From IMG/VR virus record IMGVR_UViG_3300022682_000016, positions 26,313 through 90,312 of that record: a stretch of DNA of 64,000 nt; one strand, written 5' to 3'. A program made the translations under genes and the position numbers. Positions within the stretch are counted from its first letter, which is position 1. Each line of letters starts with the position of its first letter. The stretch comes from a virus. Positions 10,379 through 20,100 of this stretch are shown piece after piece. The notes below the pieces were generated by a model that was not told the origin of the DNA, did not search any database, and saw only the letters and a program-made list of their open reading frames with translations.

Positions 10379-11034
10379 AAACATTAAAAACATTTTTACA
10401 AGAGTCTGTTAGTCAACCGGGAGTATACCCTTGGTACCTGAAAGACATTACCCCAGATAAAGCATATAATTCAGTATCAACTCAATTATTATCTAATTAC
10501 AACAACTATTTAACCACATTAGAAACGCAATTCAAAAAAACAAAAGATGAGTCCTTAGCCGAGTTAGAAAAAACAAAAAATATTATCCAAAAAATACAGA
10601 GCTATAATCTAAAAGAATTGAAAGAAGAGTTATCAATTGATGTAAAGACTAACAAGAATATCTTAAAAAACATTATTAAAGAAAATTCAGAATATATTAA
10701 TTACATTAAAACCCTGTTACAAACCACAAAGCTAACAGAATCAAAAAACACTTTCATAACAGAACTAAATATTTATTACAAAAACTCTGTACCAAACATA
10801 ATTTCTACATATAATCAAAGTTTAAAACTATACAAAAAACAATATGCAGCATTAATAGATCCTGAAAATCTCCCAGAACCGGTTATAAAAGAACGGGTAG
10901 GTGCTAAATTAAATCTTCTTAAAAGACGCTTAGGGGAACTGGAAGAATCTATTGAGTATAGCAACGAAATGCTTATCAAAATAAATACGCAACGTGATAA
11001 TATCCTAGAAGCTACTAAAATTTTATCCAAATAG
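10375..11034 (+). CDS. Hypothetical coiled-coil protein
   Basis: 219 aa, ATGA overlap with the upstream gene, helical composition. Confidence 0.6.
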   Translation: MKTLKTFLQESVSQPGVYPWYLKDITPDKAYNSVSTQLLSNYNNYLTTLETQFKKTKDESLAELEKTKNIIQKIQSYNLKELKEELSIDVKTNKNILKNIIKENSEYINYIKTLLQTTKLTESKNTFITELNIYYKNSVPNIISTYNQSLKLYKKQYAALIDPENLPEPVIKERVGAKLNLLKRRLGELEESIEYSNEMLIKINTQRDNILEATKILSK

Positions 11035-11087
11035 TGGTTTCTAGGATTTATATCTAATTTAAAAAAATTCTTAAAAACAATATATTA

Positions 11088-11116
11088 TTGATTTTTTAGT
11101 GTTTTTTTGTTATTTT
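11088..11116 (+). promoter_or_regulatory. sigma70-type promoter (extended -10) for the nusG-like operon
   Basis: TTGATT, 17 nt spacer, TATTTT preceded by TGn; SD GAGG before the ATG at 11140. Confidence 0.5.
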
Positions 11117-11139
11117 GAATAAATAGAGGGTGATAACGC

Positions 11140-11706
11140 ATGGCATCAGACATAAAAATACATCATGATCTAAACTTTAGTAATGCCAGAAATCTTATAT
11201 GGTATACAGGAGTATATCTATGCCTACCTCGTATTTTTATGAGTATTGTCAGGAAAAAACTTGTGCATCACCCATTAGTTGAGTCTGTTTTAATCCCCTT
11301 GCAAGTCGTAACAGACCCGGTATCTAAAAGATCTATAAATATAAATATTACTGATCGGTACTTTTTTATAGGAACAAAAAAAGAACTAAATTCAGAAACG
11401 GACATTGGGTTAGGTGGGTACGCACATTCAATTACATTACTAAGAAATAGGGAAAAATCGGACACCCCTTCAAAAATAAATATTGAGTCAATTCAACATG
11501 TGATAAACACTCATATTCGGCAGCGGTATTCTAATATCCAAGAAGATGTGACTGTGCATATAACAGGAGGAACGTTTAAGGATTGGTATGGAGTTGTAGA
11601 AAAGAAAATTATATCTAATCCAGATACTGTTCATGTACGTTTTAATAGTGATGAGTATAGTTACAGCACTGATATGCCAACAGCCCTCTGCAAGACAACC
11701 TACTGA
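11140..11706 (+). CDS. NusG-family transcription elongation/antitermination factor
   Basis: N-terminal WY, VLIP and YFFI of the NGN domain; KOW motif VHITGGTFKDWYGVVE. Confidence 0.7.
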   Translation: MASDIKIHHDLNFSNARNLIWYTGVYLCLPRIFMSIVRKKLVHHPLVESVLIPLQVVTDPVSKRSININITDRYFFIGTKKELNSETDIGLGGYAHSITLLRNREKSDTPSKINIESIQHVINTHIRQRYSNIQEDVTVHITGGTFKDWYGVVEKKIISNPDTVHVRFNSDEYSYSTDMPTALCKTTY

Positions 11707-12383
11707 TGGAAATAGAGAACTCCCAATATCAGTATGTAGTTACAAATACTACAGACATCGAATTTAATGAAAAACTGATAGATGACTGTGACCATAATTC
11801 AATATTGCACAATATTTATAATGATCAGCTTGGTCAACGTATCCCCGATATTGAAAATGTTCGTCGTAATATCGAAACTCACCTCACTAAAGAAGAGCTT
11901 TTAGATTTCTCATTGTTTAGACAAACAAAACCAACCCAAAATCAAGGTAGTTCTCAGGGTAAAAGAAGACACAGTAATGAAATACATAAAGTATTTTTAT
12001 ACAATAATTTTGGTAAGGCTGTAAGTTCAGGGGCAATCACTAAGAAACGAAAACGCTTATTAAAAGTATTGGCCTGTGTAGGTGAGCTGTTACGATTCAA
12101 GCGCCAATATAACATGGACCAGACACTGAAAGATATACTCACTAAAAAACAATATATAGTTCTTATGATGTATGAACGTAGAATACTTCTCAAAGATATT
12201 GTTGAACGTTTAAAACTGGCCAAATGGAAAGAAGGTAGGCCGACTAATAGAACTGTCACTGTTAGGTTCTACTCAGCTTTAGATAAATTAAAGAAGTCAA
12301 ATAATCCAAACATAGCTAAATATCTGGTCTTATTAAAAGCTGTTCTCAAATTCTCAAGAAAATACCCCAAATCTAAACATTAA
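11706..12383 (+). CDS. Putative transcription regulator with sigma70 region-4-like HTH
   Basis: LTKKQYIVLMMY...LKDIVERL...TVTVRFYSALDKLKK; a similar earlier segment LTKEEL...ITKKRKRLLK; TGATG coupling to the nusG-like gene. Confidence 0.45.
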   Translation: MEIENSQYQYVVTNTTDIEFNEKLIDDCDHNSILHNIYNDQLGQRIPDIENVRRNIETHLTKEELLDFSLFRQTKPTQNQGSSQGKRRHSNEIHKVFLYNNFGKAVSSGAITKKRKRLLKVLACVGELLRFKRQYNMDQTLKDILTKKQYIVLMMYERRILLKDIVERLKLAKWKEGRPTNRTVTVRFYSALDKLKKSNNPNIAKYLVLLKAVLKFSRKYPKSKH

Positions 12384-12509
12384 ATTTTTTTATTTTTTTG
12401 TTGATTAACACATTAGTAATTATTTATTTAATAGTGTAAAAGTTTTTTTATAGAAAGCATACCCCAACCTCTGTGCTTATATTTAGTGACAACTTAACTA
12501 AGGACTATT

Positions 12510-12806
12510 ATGGCACGCAAGGATGGAACACCTCCAAATGTTAAAAGATTTACGGTTCAATTAGATGAGACTATGTATCGAGCAATTAAAAGTGTCTCTA
12601 ATTATATTATACGAACTGACACGGGTATAAATTGTAAAACTTATGAATTAATTAATAAAATTCTAATTGTTGGGCTTGATAATTGGACTAAAGATAAAAA
12701 TCTTTTAGAAGCTATCAAAGGTACAGAGGCTAATATTCAAGTGACTAAAAATCTGAAAATGTCTAAATTCAAGCACGCTAAAGCAATGGCAGCATTAATT
12801 CCATAG
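12510..12806 (+). CDS. Putative ribbon-helix-helix DNA-binding protein
   Basis: KRFTVQLDETMYRAIK...YELINKIL; SD AAGGA; resembles 10046..10378. Confidence 0.5.
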   Translation: MARKDGTPPNVKRFTVQLDETMYRAIKSVSNYIIRTDTGINCKTYELINKILIVGLDNWTKDKNLLEAIKGTEANIQVTKNLKMSKFKHAKAMAALIP

Positions 12807-12961
12807 TGACACAAAACACAAATGATTTAAATCTTCTTGAACTTTACTGTACCTGTGAGGCTTATTTAGGAATAGTCTCTGCTGGTTATGTAAAAGCTGT
12901 CCAATGCTATTGTGGTGAAGTAAATACAATAACACCGCCTTATCCGACTAATACAGATTAG
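12806..12961 (+). CDS. Small zinc-ribbon protein, Com-like (51 aa, not in the ORF track)
   Basis: GTG overlaps the upstream TAG. Translation MTQNTNDLNLLELYCTCEAYLGIVSAGYVKAVQCYCGEVNTITPPYPTNTD has CxC...CxC..N and fills the intergenic gap. Confidence 0.6.
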   Translation: MTQNTNDLNLLELYCTCEAYLGIVSAGYVKAVQCYCGEVNTITPPYPTNTD

Positions 12962-12970
12962 GGCTAAAAC

Positions 12971-13852
12971 ATGTTTTTTAGTAACTTATTAAAATTATCA
13001 GGGACTAGGGATGAATTAGTATCCAAATTATCTGATCAAATTAACAATATAAAATCACTGAATAGTGACTTAGAAAAGCAGCTGATAGAAGAACTTAAAA
13101 ATAGTTATCTTAAAAATAAGGCGCATACAATACAATTTGAATTGGCTCAGTATATACGTCTTAGAAGAAAACTTAACTTGATCAACATGCTTCCCCCAGA
13201 ATTAGGGTTATACTCAGAAGCTTTGGAAAACGCAGTTAAAGCTAAGTTATTAAAAGTTGGACGACTAAAAACCGATTCGGTAAAAGATATTGAAGCTGAG
13301 TACTACACTATTTTAGAGACTAAATGCCCAAAAAATGACCTCGCAGATATAAAATTAACTAACAATATGTTAGCCAATATTGGACACATCCTAACAACAT
13401 CGGAAACTGTTATAGAAATATCCAATAAATGGGTAGACTACGTGTATAAAAAAATATTTGTAGGACTACCTCATTACGACTTTATTGTAAAATGGTATCG
13501 GAAAACTTTTCGTAAAGATGCTTGGAATTTGGAAGTAGCTACCTACGTTAAATATTTAGCTCGCATAATGAAAGAGTCTGATCAGTTTTATGAGATAGTT
13601 AAAAAACCTATTAAGAGAGCCTGTAAGAGATACCGGGAAATTATTGGGGAGGTTCCTGGAATTGTAATTACAGACGTTGTCCCCAATAATGTGGATATAT
13701 TTGATTTTATGTCCAGCATTTGGTTACTGGAAAATTACCATCCCAAAGACAACTTATTAATAACCAAAATAAAGAACACGTTATCCCATAATAAAGAAGA
13801 TATCAGAAAACGAGAAGATGAAATAACTAGACTGGAACGGATCGAGGAATAA
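12971..13852 (+). CDS. Hypothetical protein
   Basis: 293 aa; TAATG overlap with the exonuclease gene. Confidence 0.65.
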   Translation: MFFSNLLKLSGTRDELVSKLSDQINNIKSLNSDLEKQLIEELKNSYLKNKAHTIQFELAQYIRLRRKLNLINMLPPELGLYSEALENAVKAKLLKVGRLKTDSVKDIEAEYYTILETKCPKNDLADIKLTNNMLANIGHILTTSETVIEISNKWVDYVYKKIFVGLPHYDFIVKWYRKTFRKDAWNLEVATYVKYLARIMKESDQFYEIVKKPIKRACKRYREIIGEVPGIVITDVVPNNVDIFDFMSSIWLLENYHPKDNLLITKIKNTLSHNKEDIRKREDEITRLERIEE

Positions 13853-14748
13853 TGGCTAATCAGCTTTACCTATTAGATGGTCATGCAATTATCTATAAAT
13901 ATTTCCATGGTTTTATTGATAACCCTCTTATTACAAGTAAGGGTTTAAATACCAGTGCTACTTGGGGAATGGCAAAAATAGTCACCACAATTCTTAAAAA
14001 CTACCCAGTAACACATATTGCAGTTATTTTTGATCCCCCCTACAAAAACTGGAGAAAACAGTATTATTCCGAATATAAAGCTAATCGAGAGCATAAAGAC
14101 GATGTTTCCCCACAATTGGACATGGCTTATCACATGCTAAAAACATGGGGCATCTTCACAGCTGCCTATAAACCTTTGGAAGCAGATGATGTTATCGGAA
14201 TATTAGCTAAGAAGGGCTATGAGGCCGGATATGACGTTGTAATTGTCTCAAAAGACAAAGACATGGCTCAAATGGTTAAAGATGGTCAGAACGGCTCTAT
14301 TCGACTCCTAGACCTTGGTAAAACTGTAGGTAAGGATACAGCTACCTTTATTGATTCTGAAGGTGTAAAAGAAAAGTTTGGTGTGTATCCTGATAAAATA
14401 CCTGAATTTTTGGCCATTCAAGGAGATAAATCTGATAATGTACCTGGAGTACCGGGAATCGGACCAAAAATAGCTGCTAAATACTTATCAGAATATGGCT
14501 CTATTGGTAATATTTACCAAAATCTGGATAAGCTGACAAAATCTAAAAAATCCAATTTTGAAAGTGCTAGAGAGACTATAAAAAGAGATTTAAAATTAGT
14601 CACCTTAGCATTAAAATACCAAATACCAGTCACACTGGACCAACTCAAAAAGCCTGCAACTGTCAATGGAGCCTTATTAGATCTCCTTGAAGAAGAGTAC
14701 GAGTTCTACTCAATTATCAAGGAATTGGCTGCACCTGACACGATATAA
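13852..14748 (+). CDS. Stand-alone 5'-3' exonuclease / flap endonuclease (Pol I N-terminal-like)
   Basis: LLDG, FD...WR...YKANR, EADD.IG, SKDKD..Q, GDKSDNVPGVPGIGPK.A (H3TH). Confidence 0.95.
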   Translation: MANQLYLLDGHAIIYKYFHGFIDNPLITSKGLNTSATWGMAKIVTTILKNYPVTHIAVIFDPPYKNWRKQYYSEYKANREHKDDVSPQLDMAYHMLKTWGIFTAAYKPLEADDVIGILAKKGYEAGYDVVIVSKDKDMAQMVKDGQNGSIRLLDLGKTVGKDTATFIDSEGVKEKFGVYPDKIPEFLAIQGDKSDNVPGVPGIGPKIAAKYLSEYGSIGNIYQNLDKLTKSKKSNFESARETIKRDLKLVTLALKYQIPVTLDQLKKPATVNGALLDLLEEEYEFYSIIKELAAPDTI

Positions 14749-14774
14749 AAAGTTTACATTTATCTAATTATTAG

Positions 14775-14803
14775 TTGACATTTCACAAAAATTAAGTTAT
14801 CTT
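14775..14803 (+). promoter_or_regulatory. Near-consensus sigma70 promoter for the moron pair
   Basis: TTGACA, 17 nt spacer, TATCTT; SD AGGAGG before the ATG at 14843. Confidence 0.65.
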
Positions 14804-14842
14804 TATATATAGATACAAACATAATCCCTTTAGGAGGTTTTT

Positions 14843-15952
14843 ATGAATAAGTCAGCTGTTTTTGTCATCGTCCTGTTAAACATTCTTAATGTCTGTGCCT
14901 TAGACATTAACATCTTTGGAGAACCGGAAAACCCGTGGGTACAGTGGTGTGGTGATTGGTCTTGGCGTACCAGCTTCCTTGGGCCAGACTCTTTTGCAGA
15001 TTCATTATCTGAAGATTTGAGTATCTATGCTAATAAAAGAGATGCTTACAGAACAGATGGTTATTCCGGAAACACATTTTCTACTCAGGTTTGGTTTAAA
15101 TTAATGCCAGATATAGCTGACACTATGACAGCTAAAAACTACCCTATTTATAAAGAGATTTATTACACAAATACGTCTCCTATCGAACTTTGGCTTACAG
15201 ACAGTGCTACTAAATTAAAATTATCAACTGTTAGTATACATACTAAAACTTCTGAATCATTTGAATCCTTAATAGATGATGAATGGCATTATGTCTCGGT
15301 TAATTCCTATGCAGGTGATCCTGAAATTGCTGAGGTTTTTCAAGGTCCGTGGGGTCCAGAAACAAGCTATTATAGCTATGACACAACAAAATTCTACGTT
15401 GATGGTCAGTTCATAAGTTCAAGTACTATCTGGAGGAGTGTAGAAAACTTATACCATTCACATACCTATCTATTAGGTGTTGGATGTAGTGATACAACTG
15501 ATAAAATTTTAAAGCCGGATTCTGCTTGGAATCCTGATAAAGGTTGGGTCGATGCTAGTCATTACTTCCCACGTTCAGAGTTTCCTGGTCGTATAGGTGC
15601 TTTGGAACTTGCCAGTGATGCTCGTTCTGAGCAATACATTATTAACCATTGGAACACCTACAAACCAACATCCTCAACTATGAAAACCACTGTAGCTATG
15701 CCTTCGGTAAATGCTCCTTTACTGTCAGTGTTCCCAAACCCTGCTATCAGTAATCCTACTTTTAGAGTAGACACAAATATTCCTAATGCTAAGGTAAATA
15801 TTTACAACATCTCAGGTAAGCTGATAGAATCATTAACGGTAAATAGCGGAAAACCTATCATATGGAGAAAGAACGTCTCATCAGGAACCTATTTCTGTCA
15901 GATGCTTAGTAGTTCTAAGTCGTCTACGGTTAAACTTCTTATCCAACGGTAA
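14843..15952 (+). CDS. Secreted protein with LamG/concanavalin-like domain and T9SS (Por) C-terminal sorting domain
   Basis: Sec signal peptide. LamG-like FSTQVWFK..EWHYVSV..FYVDGQ..FPGRI. CTD VFPNP...IYNISGKLI...SSGTYF...VKLLIQR. Confidence 0.8.
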   Translation: MNKSAVFVIVLLNILNVCALDINIFGEPENPWVQWCGDWSWRTSFLGPDSFADSLSEDLSIYANKRDAYRTDGYSGNTFSTQVWFKLMPDIADTMTAKNYPIYKEIYYTNTSPIELWLTDSATKLKLSTVSIHTKTSESFESLIDDEWHYVSVNSYAGDPEIAEVFQGPWGPETSYYSYDTTKFYVDGQFISSSTIWRSVENLYHSHTYLLGVGCSDTTDKILKPDSAWNPDKGWVDASHYFPRSEFPGRIGALELASDARSEQYIINHWNTYKPTSSTMKTTVAMPSVNAPLLSVFPNPAISNPTFRVDTNIPNAKVNIYNISGKLIESLTVNSGKPIIWRKNVSSGTYFCQMLSSSKSSTVKLLIQR

Positions 15953-15994
15953 TAGTCAATTTTTACCACCCTATATTTTTTAAAGGAGAATTTT

Positions 15995-16489
15995 ATGAAG
16001 CGTACAATTATCTCACTGGTCTTGTTTATGTTCTCAATTCCAATGGCTGCTAAGATTACTGGGACAGGTGGATTTTGGTTAGGGATGTCAAAAAAACAAG
16101 TCGAAAATGTTAGTATAAGATACGATAACCCTGAACGGAAAGAAAACAGCTATGTTATAGAAAATGTTACTATGCCCGGTGTAGCGTTACCTACAACAAT
16201 TTATATAAATTTTAATGAGTATATGAAAGTAAATAACATTAAAGTTGCACTTTTTGGTACCATGAATCAAATGTCATATACACTTGAATCTAAATATGGA
16301 GAATATACTGGTAGTTATAAAAAATTGGTAATGTTTTGTGGTGCAACAACTGTTAGATATTGGCATATTAATGGGCGAATATTAAAACTTTCAGATAGCG
16401 GAGGAAATAATATTTATATTGAATATTTAGATCATAAAGAGGCTAACCGGTTATTAAGAGAACTTAACAAACATAAAAGTGCTTTTTAA
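15995..16489 (+). CDS. Secreted/periplasmic hypothetical protein
   Basis: Signal peptide MKRTIISLVLFMFSIPMA; F.LGMSK.QV and L..KYG motifs; SD AAGGAG. Confidence 0.7.
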   Translation: MKRTIISLVLFMFSIPMAAKITGTGGFWLGMSKKQVENVSIRYDNPERKENSYVIENVTMPGVALPTTIYINFNEYMKVNNIKVALFGTMNQMSYTLESKYGEYTGSYKKLVMFCGATTVRYWHINGRILKLSDSGGNNIYIEYLDHKEANRLLRELNKHKSAF

Positions 16490-16501
16490 ATAATAAACTA
16501 T

Positions 16502-17110
16502 TTAAGGTGTATTAAATCCTGTCAAAGCAAAGAAAGAACCGTCTTTAACAGCCATTAATGGTGATCTGAATGGATCCATAATCGGTTTCTTATCCTCATC
16601 TAGTGGAGGTGTATATAAACACCCTAAAACAACTCCCTCAATGATTCCATTAGAATCCAGTGGCGGGTAATATGCATAACCATTATTAAGATTCACCTTA
16701 ACAATTGCTGAGCTTAGGTAAAATTCCACCTCCACCCGTCTTTTTGTTGGTCTGGGTAGACATATATGTGGATGGTCTTGATAGTCCAATAATGCCGGTT
16801 CTGAGCGTCTTCTAAGGCACAGATAACCAAATGCACCGACTGTTGAGAAGTCCAACTTTACCCATGTTCGGTCATCAACTGCTAATCGATTACCATACCC
16901 ATCATAAGCAACTCCTGAATTGACCAAGACATATCCATTATTAGTTTGTCCAAGAATCTCAAAATTCCCATCTGTTACAGAATTTTTAGGTGCTGTAAAT
17001 CCATTATAGGAACTGCTGCAAGAAGAACTTGAAAAGCTACTACTACTACAAGAAGAGCTTGAACAACTGGAAAATGATGAGCTTGATGAACTACTGCTAC
17101 TTGAAGACAT
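16502..17110 (-). CDS. Tail/baseplate-associated protein with N-terminal poly-Ser/Cys tract
   Basis: About 34-aa Ser tract, then VNSGVAYDGYGNRL (GxAxDxxG motif shared with 24807..25364); SD AAGGA. Confidence 0.7.
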   Translation of the reverse strand: MSSSSSSSSSSSFSSCSSSSCSSSSFSSSSCSSSYNGFTAPKNSVTDGNFEILGQTNNGYVLVNSGVAYDGYGNRLAVDDRTWVKLDFSTVGAFGYLCLRRRSEPALLDYQDHPHICLPRPTKRRVEVEFYLSSAIVKVNLNNGYAYYPPLDSNGIIEGVVLGCLYTPPLDEDKKPIMDPFRSPLMAVKDGSFFALTGFNTP

Positions 17111-17129
17111 TGTTTATTTCCTTAACTAT

Positions 17130-20100
17130 TTATCGTCTATCTACAATTCCGGGATATTTCATAAGACCTGTAAAGTGATTCCCAATAGCATTACGAGTAA
17201 GCTCCTCATAAGCTGTCATATCGTCCTGAGATAAAGCATATCCTCTATTAAATACAAATCTAGGAACACCTTTAAAAGGATCGTGTAAGAAGTCTTCTAT
17301 CTTTGAATCTGGTATGAATACCACACCTTCTTCAACAGCTGCCTCTGTAACAGTTCTTTCAAGAGCTGTAAAACTTGACCCAGAGACTGAGGAAGAAGAG
17401 CAGCTTGAAAAGCTGGAGGATGATGAGCTTAAAGAAGATGAACAACTACTACTAGATGATGGAGATTCACTAGAAGAACAACTACTGCTTGAGCAACTGG
17501 ATTCACTCATTGATGAGCTGGAACAGCTACTAAATGAGGAGGAACTTGATTCACTTGAGGATGAGCTGGAACAACTTAAACCACTACTTTCAGAAGATGA
17601 TGATTCACTGCTTGAAGAAGAACTGCTTGAGGAAGATGGGAAAATCCAGTTAGTGTTGCTCCCACCATCAACACTTGTTCCGTCTGAAGCATCAACTGCG
17701 CTACCAAAAGAAGCGTTACTGTTAGAAACATCCACATAGGTTACCGATGGACTTGATTCATCAATATCTAAATTCCAAGAACCTGATCCTAATGTTTGTA
17801 GAGTTAATAAGTTTCCTGAAGCACCATCCCAAGAAATAACATTAAAATTGAATGTTCCCGAGTTTGAAAAGGATACTGTATCACCTTCTCTAAGAGTCAT
17901 TAATCCAAAGGTAGAGAATGCAGATGTGAATGATATCGATAATTCTCCACCAGTTAAGGATTGTATATTTGGAAACACCGAGTTATCAAAATCGTAACTA
18001 CCATTAGCTGCAATTATAAATGTACCTGTAATACCTACAGACACAGTATCAAATGTAGCACCGCCTCTAAAGTAAACATTTGAACCGGCTGTTAAGGTAC
18101 AGTTGTCGAGATCCCAATTAGTAGCGTCTAAATATGCATTGGCCGTTGAGGTGATATTAGCAGTAGATGATAAGGTAGTTGCTTTTAAACCACCATTAGA
18201 AACATCCTCATCAACATTGAAGGTATATGAACTTCCTCCTGTTATTGATACAACACCTAAATTAGTATCTCTATCAGCTTTTATAGTAATGCTTGAAGTT
18301 AATGGGAATCTCCAAGTACCTCCAGTAGTTACAGTCGTTGGTCGTATTGTAGAACTTTCCTTAATAACTATTGTACCGGAAGATATATTTACAGAACCTC
18401 CAACAATACTTGAAGCATCCTCCACAGTAAGGGTTCGACCATTAATGTTAAGTGTTTGAGAATAACTCGAAAATGTTATAGAGTTACAATTAGCATCTGA
18501 GTGTATTGGGCAATCTCTAGTAGAATTACTATCAAAAATTACATCGTCAGATATTGTAGGAACACCTGCACCCCCAGAACCGCCAGAAACTACTGACCAA
18601 TTAAGTGGATCATTCCATGTTGGGTATGTTCCATCAGAAACGTAATACAAAGCACCAGTTGGACTCTGTGATGAAGATGATGAGGAACTTGGACTAGTAG
18701 ATGTACTACTACTTGAACAAGAACTGTTACTTTCTGATGAGGATGAACTGCTTGAACTCACACTTTCAGAAGATGATGAACTACTGGATGAATTACTACT
18801 TGAACTTGAACAAGAACTTGAACTAAAAGAACTGCTAGATGAACAAGAACTGGTGCTTTCAGAAGATGATGAACTACTGGATGAATTACTACTACTACTT
18901 GAACAAGAACCCACACTTTCAGAAGATGATGAACTACTGGATGAACTTATTGACGATATACTAGAAGAAGATGATGAGGATGAAGAAGATCCTACGAAAT
19001 CCCAGTTAGTGTTACCAGTACCATCAACGTTTGTTCCATCGGATGCATCCACCTCATTTGTAGCAGTAGAATCTTGTACTGCTACATAAGATACAGTCAT
19101 ACCGGCAGGGTTATCATAAAACCATTCAGACCCTGGTGTCGTGCTATTTAGAGTTACTAAATTGCCTGAGGTACCATCAATGTCACCAGCTGTGTAAGCA
19201 TCAATCTGAACAGTCTCTCCAGCAGTCACGTCTATAGCTTTTCCAGGTTCAATTAACCATCTATTGAAATGGGCAGTGTCAGCTATTACAGCTGTTCCTG
19301 TATGATTGAAAATTACGTCATAAAGAGTATTTCCTGCTGATGTTAATGTAGGGGCTGAACCTGTAAACGTTATTTGAGATGTGCCTGGATCTACGGTAGT
19401 TGTCCCAGTGTTAACCATGGTAAAAGCAGTAGAAATATTCCATATAGATGTCTGAAAGTTAATATTAGCTGTACCATTATTTAGTTGAATATATCTAGAT
19501 GTAGTTATTGTAGAACTTCCATAATTAGAAGTCTTTGTTGACAATGCTTGTCCTGCATAATCATTAATAGAATATCCAGTAGTAATATTATAATTACCAG
19601 TATTGAATTCAGTAACACAGGATGCATTGTTTATCTGATTATTAATGGTTAAATACCATATTGGAGCTGTGCCCTCACCAATATCATCAACTAAGGTATA
19701 TGTTACTGTACCAGCTATTGCTGAACCCACATATATAATAACCCCAGTAGTAGTATTTGGAACATCAATATTTACAGATCCTGCTGAAGTTGTATAAAAA
19801 TTAATTGTTTTATATCCAGTGTGACTTAATAATCCATTATTACTAACAAATGGGGTTCCCGTACCAGTAAGAATTAATGTCGTGGCATTACCTGCCATAT
19901 TTAATTCACCCGTAGCAGATGCAATTGTACAAACACCACCTATGTACAATGATGCAGTGCCTGTTACGGTTGTAGTTTTTCCTGCATAACCACAAGTTAC
20001 ATTATTAAACTTATTGGAATTATTAGTAGCTTTATCTATATCTAAATTACCAGTACCTTGAAGATCCAAGTTACAACCAGTAACTGCTAATGAACTTATT

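Noticed and set aside
10375-10450. N-terminus MKTLKTFLQESVSQPGVY resembles the UvrC GIY-YIG start or a T4 capsid-targeting sequence
   Set aside because: There is no following YVG/YIG motif, the rest is coiled coil, and the gene is outside the head module.
18763-18945. 30-bp repeats with 63- and 30-nt gaps resembling a mini CRISPR array
   Set aside because: They lie in frame within a Ser-coding tract, the 'spacers' are the same low-complexity sequence, and there is no leader or cas gene.
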